From assembly GCA_019358935.1 (NCBI GenBank), contig JAHHIK010000001.1, positions 96,001-160,000 on the forward strand: a DNA stretch of 64,000 bases. The letters are read 5' to 3'. Origin of the DNA: Tolypothrix carrinoi HA7290-LM1 (GTDB lineage Bacteria; Cyanobacteriota; Cyanobacteriia; Cyanobacteriales; Nostocaceae). A model generated the notes under the pieces. That model did no database searches, had not been told where the DNA came from, and worked only from the letters and a program-made list of their open reading frames with translations. The translations under genes were made by a program, and so were the position numbers. Shown one piece after another: positions 32,795 to 42,676 of this stretch; within the stretch, counting starts at the first letter, position 1; every line of letters begins with the position of its first letter.

Positions 32795-33791
32795 AATTTT
32801 GCACCTCCTGGTTGTAGCGAGTCAAACTCTCAAGGTTTTTTTGCAAGTCAAAAGACGAGGGTTTGAGTGTCAGCGTGCCTATATTTAATTCATCCTGAAA
32901 TTTTTTGATTTTGTCGCGACAAGTAGCCACATCACCAATAATCGAATTCTCAATCAAATAGTCTTCATCAAAACAAATGTTGTCGCGGTCAAATGATTTG
33001 ACTTTTTGATTGAGACTGCCTTGCATGAGTTGGGCAGAATTGGCTTTCATTTTCAGGCTGTATTTGCGGATAAAAGGCATTGCTTCATTCACCGCTTCAT
33101 CGTATGTCTTAGCAGCAAAAAAGAAGCGTGCCAGCATGAGATTTTCAGCACCGCTAGAATTTAAGGCACGATATTTGGCAACAGTATTCTTCAATCTATT
33201 CAGTGAAAACGGCGGTCCCCCCATCAAACCGAAAAAATGTTTTGCAGCAAAGGCTACCCCGTCATCATCGCCAGTTGCTACAAACACGGGAATTTTTGGT
33301 TGCAATGGTTTCGGGTAAATTGTCAACTTTGCACATTGATAATATTGCCCGTTAAAGGTTACGTCCCTTTCATATAACAACTGCTGAATCATCGCCATCG
33401 CTTCTAACATTTTCGGGCGAGATTCACTCGTTCCTGTAGCAAAATGTTTGTTTTGTTGCGGAAACGGTCCACCTTTGGCAATTCCAAATATTAATCGCCC
33501 ACTACATAAATTATCCAATGTAGCAATATCTTCCGCTACTCGAATCGGGTTATGAAACGCCAGCAACACCGCTCCAGTTCCTAATCGAATTGTGGAAGTA
33601 ACGCCCGCTAAATGCGCCAGCAAGACTAACATTGATGAACTGATATTCAATTCATTGAAATGATGTTCGCTCACCCAAGCTTCGTTAAAGCCGAGGTATT
33701 CGGCATGTTTCACCAGCGCGACTTGTTCAAAGATGGCGCGATGGGCATCCTGGTAGGGATTTTCATAATTACAAAACAGTCCAATTTTCAT
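32787..33791 (-). CDS. Luciferase-like (LLM class) flavin-dependent oxidoreductase
   Basis: MKIGLF, AE.LGF..AWVSEHHF, IRLGTG..L..HNP.RVAED.ATLD.L..GR. Confidence 0.93.
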   Translation of the reverse strand: MKIGLFCNYENPYQDAHRAIFEQVALVKHAEYLGFNEAWVSEHHFNELNISSSMLVLLAHLAGVTSTIRLGTGAVLLAFHNPIRVAEDIATLDNLCSGRLIFGIAKGGPFPQQNKHFATGTSESRPKMLEAMAMIQQLLYERDVTFNGQYYQCAKLTIYPKPLQPKIPVFVATGDDDGVAFAAKHFFGLMGGPPFSLNRLKNTVAKYRALNSSGAENLMLARFFFAAKTYDEAVNEAMPFIRKYSLKMKANSAQLMQGSLNQKVKSFDRDNICFDEDYLIENSIIGDVATCRDKIKKFQDELNIGTLTLKPSSFDLQKNLESLTRYNQEVQNYV

Positions 33792-33808
33792 GGCGATCGC
33801 TATTATTT

Positions 33809-34144
33809 CTAAGTTGCGACCCAATGCAAATCTAACCACAAGCGTGGATGTGCCTGCTTTAGTTTTGACATCGGATCGCGTAGCAGTCGTGAGGCATTCA
33901 AAAACACCACCTGAACTAACCCCATGTTGTCTGCTACTTCTCTAAGTACATCTTTTTTAGCTTGCACATAAGTCAATATTTCCGCAGAGCAATAAATCCC
34001 TATGTATTGCAAGCGTTTAGGAGGTCGTCCCCAATAACAGGTGATGACTTTCACATAACAGCCGTCTAACAATTCCCCTAATTGTGGGTAATAATTTTCC
34101 ACGACTCTTATGAATTCTTTGGCTAGGATATCTTCAGTAATCAT
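33809..34144 (-). CDS. Hypothetical protein
   Basis: Co-oriented ORF; start uncertain (34144 or further upstream). Confidence 0.7.
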   Translation of the reverse strand: MITEDILAKEFIRVVENYYPQLGELLDGCYVKVITCYWGRPPKRLQYIGIYCSAEILTYVQAKKDVLREVADNMGLVQVVFLNASRLLRDPMSKLKQAHPRLWLDLHWVAT

Positions 34145-34472
34145 TACAAAACATATTTTCGTAGCGCTCATCACATATGTTAATATAACACATATCTTGT
34201 CAACCAAAGCTGACAAAAAAGGCATTTTTTATGAATGTTTTATAATCACAATTAAACAATAGGAGGTATGCTTTTAGCAATACCTCCTATCAATTTGATA
34301 TAGCACCCAAACTTTTTTAAACTTGCCTGTGACTGGAAAAATAATCAAATGTAGCGGCAATCCAGCCAAGGCAGTTAAATAATTTAAATTGATTATTTCA
34401 GGAAAACATCAGAATTGCCATGTGGAAAATTTATGATTCCAAGTTTTCACTCATAACAATCATTAATTCTGA

Positions 34473-34784
34473 TTATCGAGCATTACGCTCTGACACCAAA
34501 ACCTCTGCTACCAATTCTGGCAAATCCATGAGGTCAACATATCCATCTGAACCACGCATAGGAGAGATAAATGTATAGTTGGGGTCACACTCTCCATTGT
34601 CGTAGACTTGAATAAACCACCTATCAGGAAATCCGGCGATGCCAAGTTCTACAATGTACCAAGACTCGCCAATCAAACGAGAGTTAAAGATTGTAAACCA
34701 CTCTCTATTTGGTTCGGAAATGTTCCAATCTGCCATCAGGAACTCTAACGCGATTTGTCCGGCATCTATTGAAGTCAATAGCAT
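34473..34784 (-). CDS. Hypothetical protein
   Basis: 103 aa with AAGGAG RBS, coupled to the upstream ORF. Confidence 0.75.
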   Translation of the reverse strand: MLLTSIDAGQIALEFLMADWNISEPNREWFTIFNSRLIGESWYIVELGIAGFPDRWFIQVYDNGECDPNYTFISPMRGSDGYVDLMDLPELVAEVLVSERNAR

Positions 34785-34786
34785 TT

Positions 34787-35050
34787 CTACTCCTTATTTG
34801 AAACTTCAGGATACAATCCTAATTCCTTCGCTAGCTCACGCGCAACAAAAAATAAAAACTCGGCACCATCTTGATTTCCTTCGTGAGCAAACATAGTTCC
34901 TACTTGCATCATTGTCTGCACCAAGCCAGCATCAATTAATTTTGGCTCTTGCTGTAAAACTTCTGGTTCCTGACCGTTAGGACACTTAAGTAGCTTATCA
35001 ATTAAATCAAAATACAGGTTTTGGCGTTGTTCTTGGGTTTGTTCTGTCAT
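34787..35050 (-). CDS. Hypothetical protein (LL.CP.GQE..VL family)
   Basis: 87-aa co-oriented ORF. Confidence 0.75.
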   Translation of the reverse strand: MTEQTQEQRQNLYFDLIDKLLKCPNGQEPEVLQQEPKLIDAGLVQTMMQVGTMFAHEGNQDGAEFLFFVARELAKELGLYPEVSNKE

Positions 35051-35077
35051 GATTACTTTTGTTGATGCGCGAATTGT

Positions 35078-35491
35078 TTATTGCTCGATGCTTTGCTGCC
35101 AAAGTCTTTCTAACATTTCTATCTGTTCTTGCAAAACCGCAGCTCGATATACAAGATACCTATCGTAGAAAAGAATTCCCAAGCCAACACAAATAGGGAA
35201 AAATAAGAAAAACCATTCCAACATAGTGGCAATTTTATATTGCTCAACAGTAGTTAGTATTTCTTGGGCAGGATTGGGTTTTGTATCTTCTTGCTTAGTA
35301 GTTAATAACCTTTGTTGCAGTGCTTCGTCAGCAGTATCTGTACCAATTTGATTAACTGCATAAGTTGAATTCTTTATTTCTAATAATTCGATATGTCGTC
35401 CCCAAATTATGCCAAATACTACTACTCCTGGAGAAAGCACTGCTAAAGTTACTAAACAAACTGTGATAATATTTACAATTCTGGATCTCAT
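35078..35491 (-). CDS. Hypothetical membrane protein (2 TM)
   Basis: Two hydrophobic segments and C-terminal QIEMLERLWQ; first gene after a long AT-rich promoter region. Confidence 0.75.
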   Translation of the reverse strand: MRSRIVNIITVCLVTLAVLSPGVVVFGIIWGRHIELLEIKNSTYAVNQIGTDTADEALQQRLLTTKQEDTKPNPAQEILTTVEQYKIATMLEWFFLFFPICVGLGILFYDRYLVYRAAVLQEQIEMLERLWQQSIEQ

Positions 35492-35822
35492 CTTGACTCT
35501 TCGTTGCAAGGCAGTATCTACCCAGCGAGCAAATATTTTTTACGGTTTATACAAGCACTAAGCTTTGGCAAATAAAAGTCTGGCTGAAGCGTGCAAAATA
35601 TAAATATCCGAAGTAAGAAAGCACTACTGACAGGAATGACGCATATCTTTCCCTTATCTACAACAGGGGGTTAAGAAGTCCCCCCTCGTTCTTTAGGTTT
35701 GCACCATCAGAATGTCGGGGGGTAGAGGGGAATCTCTGCGTAAATCCTATAAGTTTTATATCAGTCGTCTCTGCACACAACTATTTATCTGTGTGGATTA
35801 AGATTATTAAATTAATTAGATT

Positions 35823-36020
35823 TGTACTCAAAGCCTGCAATTCTTATCTGATAAGACTTATAAAAATTTTTTGGGGTATGGGTACTAGTATTTTTGGGTT
35901 GGGGTACTAGTATTTACGTTCTGGGGGTTCTAGCATTTTTGTACTCAACATCAAACCCATCCAGGCTTTGATTAAACACTGTTTTTGAGCTAATTTCACA
36001 CAAGAGTTCTGTTGTACTCA
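35823..36020 (-). promoter_or_regulatory. Three TGAGTACA motifs (CnfR/nifB-type cis element candidates)
   Basis: TGTACTCA on + at 35823-35830, 35940-35947 and 36013-36020, upstream of the minus-strand operon. Confidence 0.6.
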
Positions 36021-36490
36021 AAGCAAATCATATTACTTGGTAAATATACACGCAATTAACTTAAAATGAATCAAGAAAACATTAATATTATATAAAATAT
36101 TTGCGTCTCTTATCTAGAGAATTTTAAAAATCATCTAAACACTACAGAAATAACCTCCATTGATTTATAAAATACTTTGTTAGTAAGCCAGAGTTGTGAA
36201 AGCGACGAACAATTCCCACTCGCATCACACAACTCAACAGCCCGATTCTCACTCAACCCTTGCCCACTCTAACCAGTCTGCTCAAATATTTGAAATTTTA
36301 TGGGTAAGTTAGAGTATATAATTTATATATGTTTATACATACACTTGCACCGAAGAGTGCAACTTACATCAACAACTCATTCAAAGAAAGAAATTAGTAA
36401 ATTCAAATCGTGGCACACATATAGACCACTAACTGTAAGAAAATAAAATGTGTGACACTTTACTAAGTTTATAATTTTAGGAGTTAATTC

Positions 36491-37450
36491 GTGCGGATAG
36501 CTAAAGACGTAACAGAACTTATTGGACGGACTCCTTTAGTTGCTCTGAATAAGATCCCCCAAGCTGAAGGATGTGTAGCCCGAATTGTCGCGAAGCTGGA
36601 AGGAATGAACCCAGCCTCTTCAGTCAAAGACCGCATCGGCATCAGCATGGTGCAGCAGGCAGAAACAACAGGCTGGATTACGCCAGGAAAAACCATTTTA
36701 GTTGAGCCGACCTCTGGTAATACGGGGATTGCACTCGCAATGGTGGCAGCAGCGCGTGGCTACAGTTTGATTTTAACGATGCCAGAAACGATGAGTTTAG
36801 AAAGACGCGCCATGCTACGCGCTTATGGTGCTTCTTTGGAGTTAACTCCAGGGGCAGAGGGAATGCGAGGCGCAATTCGCAAAGCGGAGGAAATTGTCGC
36901 TAAAACTCCCAATGCTTTTATGCTGCAACAGTTCCGCAACCCGGCAAATCCAAAAATTCACCAAGAAACTACCGCCGAAGAAATTTGGGAAGATACAGAC
37001 GGGGAAGTGGATATTCTCATTGCTGGGGTAGGTACTGGTGGGACGATTACTGGAGTTGCGGAAGTAATTAAAAAGCGCAAGCCAAGTTTTCAGGCGATCG
37101 CTGTTGAACCCAGCAATAGCCCCGTCCTCTCTGGTGGTGAACCAGGACCGCATAAAATTCAAGGCATTGGTGCCGGATTTGTCCCCACTATTCTCCGTAC
37201 CGAACTGATTGACGAAGTGATTAAAGTCAGCGACGATCAGGCGATGGTTTATGGACGGCGTTTGGCGAAAGAAGAAGGATTGTTATCTGGTATATCCTCT
37301 GGTGCTGCTTTATATGCAGCAATTCAGGTCGCTAAACGTCCAGAAAACGCCGATCGCTTAATCGTCATGATTCAGCCTTCCTTTGGCGAACGCTACCTCA
37401 GCACCCCGATGTTCCAAAACTTGGAAGCCGAACCTGCGGCTGTCCGTTAG
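36491..37450 (+). CDS. cysK: Cysteine synthase A
   Basis: [40 protein letters not shown]. Confidence 0.97.
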   Translation: MRIAKDVTELIGRTPLVALNKIPQAEGCVARIVAKLEGMNPASSVKDRIGISMVQQAETTGWITPGKTILVEPTSGNTGIALAMVAAARGYSLILTMPETMSLERRAMLRAYGASLELTPGAEGMRGAIRKAEEIVAKTPNAFMLQQFRNPANPKIHQETTAEEIWEDTDGEVDILIAGVGTGGTITGVAEVIKKRKPSFQAIAVEPSNSPVLSGGEPGPHKIQGIGAGFVPTILRTELIDEVIKVSDDQAMVYGRRLAKEEGLLSGISSGAALYAAIQVAKRPENADRLIVMIQPSFGERYLSTPMFQNLEAEPAAVR

Positions 37451-37633
37451 GGAGACAGGGGGACAGGGGGGACAAGGGAGACAAGGGGGACAAGGGGAGC
37501 CAGCGCCGTGCGGAGGTTCCCTCCGTTGAGGCGACTGGCGTGGACAAGGGAGAATTTGCTTCCTCATCTCCCTCATCTCCCTCATCTCCCTTATCTTCCC
37601 CCACTCCCCCACTCCTTCACTCCCCCACTCTTC
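37451..37633. repeat. GGGGACA/CCTCATCTC/CCCCACT tracts with an embedded SDR-like unit (37497-37541)
   Basis: Visible tandem repeats between convergent genes. Confidence 0.85.
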
Positions 37634-38098
37634 CTAATGGTTACACTTACCTTGCTGATGGTGTTGATGATCGTGACCGTGGGCACAGCCTTGTAGGTCT
37701 TGGTTCATGAGTTTTTCGCTCATTTCTTGGAGGGATTCATCCGCAGCGGTTAAACCAATCCAAGCATTGATTTTTTCCACATCGAAACCGGCTTCGCGGC
37801 GATCGCCTACTTGAATTAAAGGACGCCGAATTAACAGCGGATCGCGCAGCATCAATATTAAAGCAGTTTGTGCGTCTAGTTTTTCTGGATCTACCTCACC
37901 AGATTTTACCGCTGGGGCGGCGCGGTTTATCCACTCAACCACAGGGCGATCGCCAAAAAAGGAGCGCAAACGCTCAACTGTCCAAGGTTCAGTTAACAGA
38001 TTATACGGCACAACTTCATGACCTGCGGCTGTCAGCAGAGTTTTCTGTTTCGTATTGTTTTTGCAGCCTGGTTTTTCATAGAAAATTATCCTTGCCAT
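37634..38098 (-). CDS. Nitrogenase-associated protein, ArsC/Spx family
   Basis: FYEKPGC.NN.KQK.LL..AGH, P.LIRRPL. Confidence 0.9.
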   Translation of the reverse strand: MARIIFYEKPGCKNNTKQKTLLTAAGHEVVPYNLLTEPWTVERLRSFFGDRPVVEWINRAAPAVKSGEVDPEKLDAQTALILMLRDPLLIRRPLIQVGDRREAGFDVEKINAWIGLTAADESLQEMSEKLMNQDLQGCAHGHDHQHHQQGKCNH

Positions 38099-38425
38099 TG
38101 AATTATCTCCTTAATAATTAGATAGATTAGGACTTACGCATTCTCTTTTGCTCTGTTGGTGTTCTTGGCAGTTCGTTCAAGCCATTATCAAAGAATGCAT
38201 TACGTAAGTGATTTGGATATAGCAATCCTATCTAATTTGGAAAAAATATTTTTGAGAAACGAACCGCAGAGGCACAGAGAGAACAGAGAAAGAGTAAGAG
38301 AGAGTTTGACGCTATTATTTGGGATTGCTATATAAACAAAAATCAGTTGAATAGATAGTTACCACCCTAGTGAAATTTTAATTAATATAATTAACTGGTT
38401 GCCATTAATATTTATCAAATATTAA

Positions 38426-39037
38426 TTAAAACTTTTTCGCAGTTTGAGTACTTATGTCAAACTCAAATCTTTCCTTGGGGTCAGTTTCGCCATAAATATT
38501 AAAAGTAACAGTTGGTTCATCACCCACCGCTTCTACGCTATGAATTGCATCGGGAGTAAAGCTTATAATATCTCCTGGTTCTAAAGTTATGTCGCCTGTA
38601 GTTTCAATTTTATCTGGAAATTCTGCATTAGGACTGCGTTGCCAACAAGTAGTTTTTTCTTGTCCTTTTAATACCGCTACTACTCCCCAAGTTCCGTGGT
38701 TGTGAATTGATGATTTTATTCCTGGTAAAAATGTTACTACTTGCACTGTTAAAGGAAAACCTAATTCATCATACAGTAGTAAAACAGAAGTTCCAGTTTC
38801 CGGAGAAGGCTGTAATTTTTGACTTTGCACCCAATAGGAATTAGTAATCAATCGCCTTACCAACATCCGAATTTCTGGAAGGCGGCTTGATTCGTCGTCA
38901 ACGTTATTAAGAACATCTTCTACCTCAGTTATAAACCGATACAGGCGATAATTCTCTCTTAATAAATCCCATTCTCTAGCTGATTTACATGCTTGATACT
39001 GACCGTCTCCGGTTACAAGCCAATCTTTATTTTTCAT
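38426..39037 (-). CDS. Cupin / cysteine dioxygenase-like protein
   Basis: S.IHNHGTWG.V.VL.G.E, IHSVEA, IYG. Confidence 0.8.
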   Translation of the reverse strand: MKNKDWLVTGDGQYQACKSAREWDLLRENYRLYRFITEVEDVLNNVDDESSRLPEIRMLVRRLITNSYWVQSQKLQPSPETGTSVLLLYDELGFPLTVQVVTFLPGIKSSIHNHGTWGVVAVLKGQEKTTCWQRSPNAEFPDKIETTGDITLEPGDIISFTPDAIHSVEAVGDEPTVTFNIYGETDPKERFEFDISTQTAKKF

Positions 39038-39112
39038 AATTTTCAGTATTTGAAGATAGGTTGTGTTTTGTAGTGAGCGCTGTCTTCGCTAAAGCGCTTA
39101 CTACGAAGATAA

Positions 39113-39601
39113 TTATTCTTCATCTTCTTCGGCTGGGCGTGTCAAAATATCAAGTATAAGTCCCCCACCAAATTCTTTTTTATCATCAACTTCTTTGACT
39201 CTGGCACTTATTTCTTTAGCTTGTTCTATCTCTCCCAGCTTTGCTAATACTAATCCAGAAGCGGCGTAAGCGGTTAAATATAGCCTAATTGAGGGGTTAT
39301 CTTTGCGACTAACTAATATTGGCTTTAGTTGTTGCCAATCATCAGGTAGATTTTCGTGATTATGAATTTTCTTTATAACTTTGACTGCCATTTGCAGTGC
39401 TAGTAGATAATTATTTTTATAGTAAAAATATCTATATGCGGCAATTAAAACGTCTATATTATCTTGTGTTTTAGCTAAAGCTTCCTGCATATACTTTTCT
39501 GATTCGGCGGTATTTTCCCAGCTTTTCGCGGCTAATATCAATAAATTCTTGATATCTTCTGGAACTTGAAACCATGAAAACGCTTCTGAGTCAATTTTCA
39601 T
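39113..39601 (-). CDS. Hypothetical (TPR-like) protein downstream of coxC
   Basis: Helical; AYRYFYYK, YL.AYAA..LVLA.LG. Confidence 0.75.
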   Translation of the reverse strand: MKIDSEAFSWFQVPEDIKNLLILAAKSWENTAESEKYMQEALAKTQDNIDVLIAAYRYFYYKNNYLLALQMAVKVIKKIHNHENLPDDWQQLKPILVSRKDNPSIRLYLTAYAASGLVLAKLGEIEQAKEISARVKEVDDKKEFGGGLILDILTRPAEEDEE

Positions 39602-39614
39602 AAAAAAATCCTTG

Positions 39615-39810
39615 ATGGGGAATGGGTAATTGGTGAGCCAGTGCGTTGGGCGGCTTTGCCGACTTGAAGCACCTGGCGAACCCCGAAGGGGTAATGGCTA
39701 ATGGGGAAAGAAATAGGAAAAAGGAAAAGAATTATTACTACGTTCCTACTCCCAATTCCCAATTCCCAATTCCCAATTCGCAATTACCTATTACCTATTA
39801 CCTATTACCG
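39615..39810. repeat. STRR tracts with SDR-like unit (39635-39690)
   Basis: GGTAATG/AATTCCC/ATTACCT heptamers; GAGCCAGTGCG..CTGGCGAACCCCGAAGGG. Confidence 0.85.
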
Positions 39811-39812
39811 AT

Positions 39813-40409
39813 TTAAAACAAGGTGAGAATGTACAGCAAGGAGAAGAGAACAATCCAGATGATGTCTACAAAGTGCCAGTATATTTCTGCCATTTCAATA
39901 CCAACGTGCTTGGTAGCAGAATAGTGACCGGGACGACGCGATCGCCACAATACACCTAAAATTAATAACAGTCCTATAAACACGTGCAAACCGTGGAATC
40001 CTGTCATTAAATAAAAACAGTTGGAAAATACGTTGGTCGTCATGCCGTATCCTAAAGTTAGATACTCAACAACCTGACCAAGTAAGAAAACTGCTCCCAT
40101 AATTGCAGTGATGATGTACCACCGCTGCATTCCTTTGACATCATTCCTTTTAATTGCTGCGTCACCAAAATGAATGACGAAACTACTAGAAACCAGAATG
40201 ATAGTGTTAATTGTCGGCAATAAAAGCTCTACTTCGGTGTTTTCTGGGGGCCAAACTTCCGTTATTCCTCGAAAGAACAAATAAGCCGCAAAAAAGCCGC
40301 CAAACATTAAAGATTCAGAAGCAAGAAAGGTCAATAATCCCAATACTCGCAAATCTTGATGTTCGCTGTGTTCTGCGTGATGTTCTGCATTTGATGTTGC
40401 GATCGCCAT
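39813..40409 (-). CDS. coxC: Cytochrome c oxidase subunit III (cox2-type operon)
   Basis: FL.SE...FG, NT.IL.SSS, TGFHGLHV, YWHFVD; start uncertain. Confidence 0.95.
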   Translation of the reverse strand: MAIATSNAEHHAEHSEHQDLRVLGLLTFLASESLMFGGFFAAYLFFRGITEVWPPENTEVELLLPTINTIILVSSSFVIHFGDAAIKRNDVKGMQRWYIITAIMGAVFLLGQVVEYLTLGYGMTTNVFSNCFYLMTGFHGLHVFIGLLLILGVLWRSRRPGHYSATKHVGIEMAEIYWHFVDIIWIVLFSLLYILTLF

Positions 40410-40479
40410 ATTGTTGCAGCTTGAATAAATTTCCAAAAAGAAATCGTAATAAGCGCTATAAGCGCTTACTACGAACTAA

Positions 40480-42171
40480 CTAAGCACTAACTTCGGTCGC
40501 ACCAGATGACGGCAGTTCAGCGCTATGATTATCGATGCCGTAGTCGTAGGGACCGTGAGTGACAACGGGCAATACTTCCCAGTTTTCTACTATTGGTGGT
40601 GAACTGGTTGTCCATTCTAAAGTCAAAGCTTGCCAAGGATTATCACCGGCTTTTGGTCCAGCAATCCAACTCCAAATGACGTTGATGGTGAAGGGAATCA
40701 CTGAAGCTGCCAATATAAAAGAACCAACAGTACAAACCTGATTGAGGCTGATAAATTGCGGATCGTACATGGCAACTCTTCGAGGCATTCCTTGCAAACC
40801 CAACTCATGCATCGGCAAAAATGTCAGATTAGTGCCAATGAAGGTGAGGACGAAGTGAATGCGACCCCAAGTTTCATTCATCATCCGTCCGGTCATTTTC
40901 GGGAACCAATGGTAAATCCCGGCGTAAATACCGAATACGGAACCACCAAATAATACATAGTGGAAGTGCGCCACTACATAATATGTGTCGTGTACGTGAA
41001 CATCAAAGGGGGCTGTTCCCATCGTCACACCGCTTAAGCCACCCATGACAAACATGGATAGCAAGCCAATAGCGAATAGCATGGCGCTGGTGAAGCGGAT
41101 TTTACCACCCCAAAGGGTTGCTACCCAACCGAAAATCTTTACGCCAGTGGGAACAGCCACGATGAGGGTGGAGATGGTGAAGAACATCCGCATCCAACCG
41201 GGTGTACCGCTGGTAAACATGTGGTGTACCCAGACGAACAAACCGACAACGCAGATAGCTACGCTGGAATAGGCGATCGCCTTATACCCAAAAATCGGTT
41301 TGCGAGCGTGTACTGGTATCACTTCGGACATAATGCCGAAAATTGGCAGAATCATCAAATAAACTGCCGGGTGCGAATAAAACCAGAATAAGTGTTGGTA
41401 AATTACCACATTACCGCCAGCATCTGGTTTAAAGAAGGAAGTACCAAAGTTGATGTCAAACAACAACAGCACCAAACCTGCTGCTAATACAGGTGTGGAA
41501 AGAAGCGCCAAAATAGCGGTTGCTAAAGTTGCCCAACAAAATAAGGGAACTTGATCCCATCTCATGCTAGGGACTTTCATCTTCAAGATGGTGATGACAA
41601 AGTTCACCGAACCCAAAATTGAAGAAGTTCCCACCAAAACGATCGCTAAAATCCACATCGATTGTGCGGTGTTAGCGGTAACTAAACTTAAAGGTGGGTA
41701 AGCAGTCCAGCCAGATTGGGAACCGCCAAAGAAGAAACTACCGAGAATTAATGCGCCGGCTGGTGGATTTAGCCAAAAGGCGATCGCATTCAACTTCGGG
41801 AAAGCCATATCTCTAGCACCAACCATCAACGGCACCAGATAATTACCAAATCCCCCAATTGCACTCGGTACAATCCACAGAAAAATCATGATTGTTCCAT
41901 GATTCGTCATGAAAGCGTTGTACAAATTGGGATCGAGGAGGTCTGCATCCGGTGTCGCTAATTCTGCACGCATAGCAACAGCCATCAGTCCCCCAATGAG
42001 ATAGAAGACAAATGCTGTAACTAGATATTGGATGCCAATAACTTTATGGTCAACATTAAACGTGAAGTAGTCGTACCATTTCCACGCTTGAGGATGGATC
42101 GTATGGGCACTCACCAATTGATTTTTATTGTCTTCGTGTGGAGTATTCGGTGGAAATTCTACTTGGGTCAT
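40480..42171 (-). CDS. coxA: Cytochrome c oxidase subunit I (cox2-type operon)
   Basis: DHK.IG, WFYSHPAVY, WVHHMF, HDTYYVVAHFHYV, GMPRR. Confidence 0.98.
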   Translation of the reverse strand: MTQVEFPPNTPHEDNKNQLVSAHTIHPQAWKWYDYFTFNVDHKVIGIQYLVTAFVFYLIGGLMAVAMRAELATPDADLLDPNLYNAFMTNHGTIMIFLWIVPSAIGGFGNYLVPLMVGARDMAFPKLNAIAFWLNPPAGALILGSFFFGGSQSGWTAYPPLSLVTANTAQSMWILAIVLVGTSSILGSVNFVITILKMKVPSMRWDQVPLFCWATLATAILALLSTPVLAAGLVLLLFDINFGTSFFKPDAGGNVVIYQHLFWFYSHPAVYLMILPIFGIMSEVIPVHARKPIFGYKAIAYSSVAICVVGLFVWVHHMFTSGTPGWMRMFFTISTLIVAVPTGVKIFGWVATLWGGKIRFTSAMLFAIGLLSMFVMGGLSGVTMGTAPFDVHVHDTYYVVAHFHYVLFGGSVFGIYAGIYHWFPKMTGRMMNETWGRIHFVLTFIGTNLTFLPMHELGLQGMPRRVAMYDPQFISLNQVCTVGSFILAASVIPFTINVIWSWIAGPKAGDNPWQALTLEWTTSSPPIVENWEVLPVVTHGPYDYGIDNHSAELPSSGATEVSA

Positions 42172-42294
42172 AATTTTTCCTTTGTCCAACCGCTTCTTTG
42201 AAGTCACGCATTCGATAGTCCAAGATGTTTTGACTAATGACCGTTGACTCTTGACTCTTGACTAATAACCGTTGACCATTGACTCTAGAGTTAC

Positions 42295-42676
42295 CAAAAA
42301 AATGGGTCTAAAGCCTCGCCCTTTAGTGACTCCTTTTTGTTGACGGCGAATTGAAAACAGTGGTACTATTTCATACGGAGGTTAGGGTATTCAACCTCTG
42401 AAAACACCCAGTAGCCGAGAGGCAATGTACCTTGAAAATTAGGCTTAGTGGGTTCCACAAGGTAATGCTCTTGTGGGTAAAAAGTCTAGGCAACAAGCAA
42501 CAGATACCAAAGTTTTGAGGATCTCACAGTACCGAGGGGCACTCGGAAACTGGCTTCTGTAAGGGAGTAAAACGCTTTTGGAGAGATGCTCCTCTGGTGT
42601 GAAATAGGTAACTGTTTCATAGTAAGAGCGCTCATTGAATTAAGAATCTCCGTACCTAAAGGTCGGAGAGTGTCAA
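42295..42676 (+). mobile_element. 382-bp non-autonomous IS200/IS605-family derivative (MITE-like) inserted in the coxB 3' end
   Basis: Inserted 3' of TTAC (42291-42294) and ends in TCAA (42673-42676). Subterminal hairpins at both ends, no TSD, no tnpA/tnpB ORF. Removing it restores coxB ..MGISSVTLESMVNGY*. Confidence 0.85.
42340..42369 (+). promoter_or_regulatory. Sigma70-like promoter inside the IS605-derived element
   Basis: TTGACG-N18-TACTAT with TG upstream of the -10. Confidence 0.5.

Noticed and set aside
42295..42676. IStron or self-splicing intron in coxB
   Set aside because: The element is antisense to coxB and short, with no recognisable group I core; coxB simply terminates inside it.
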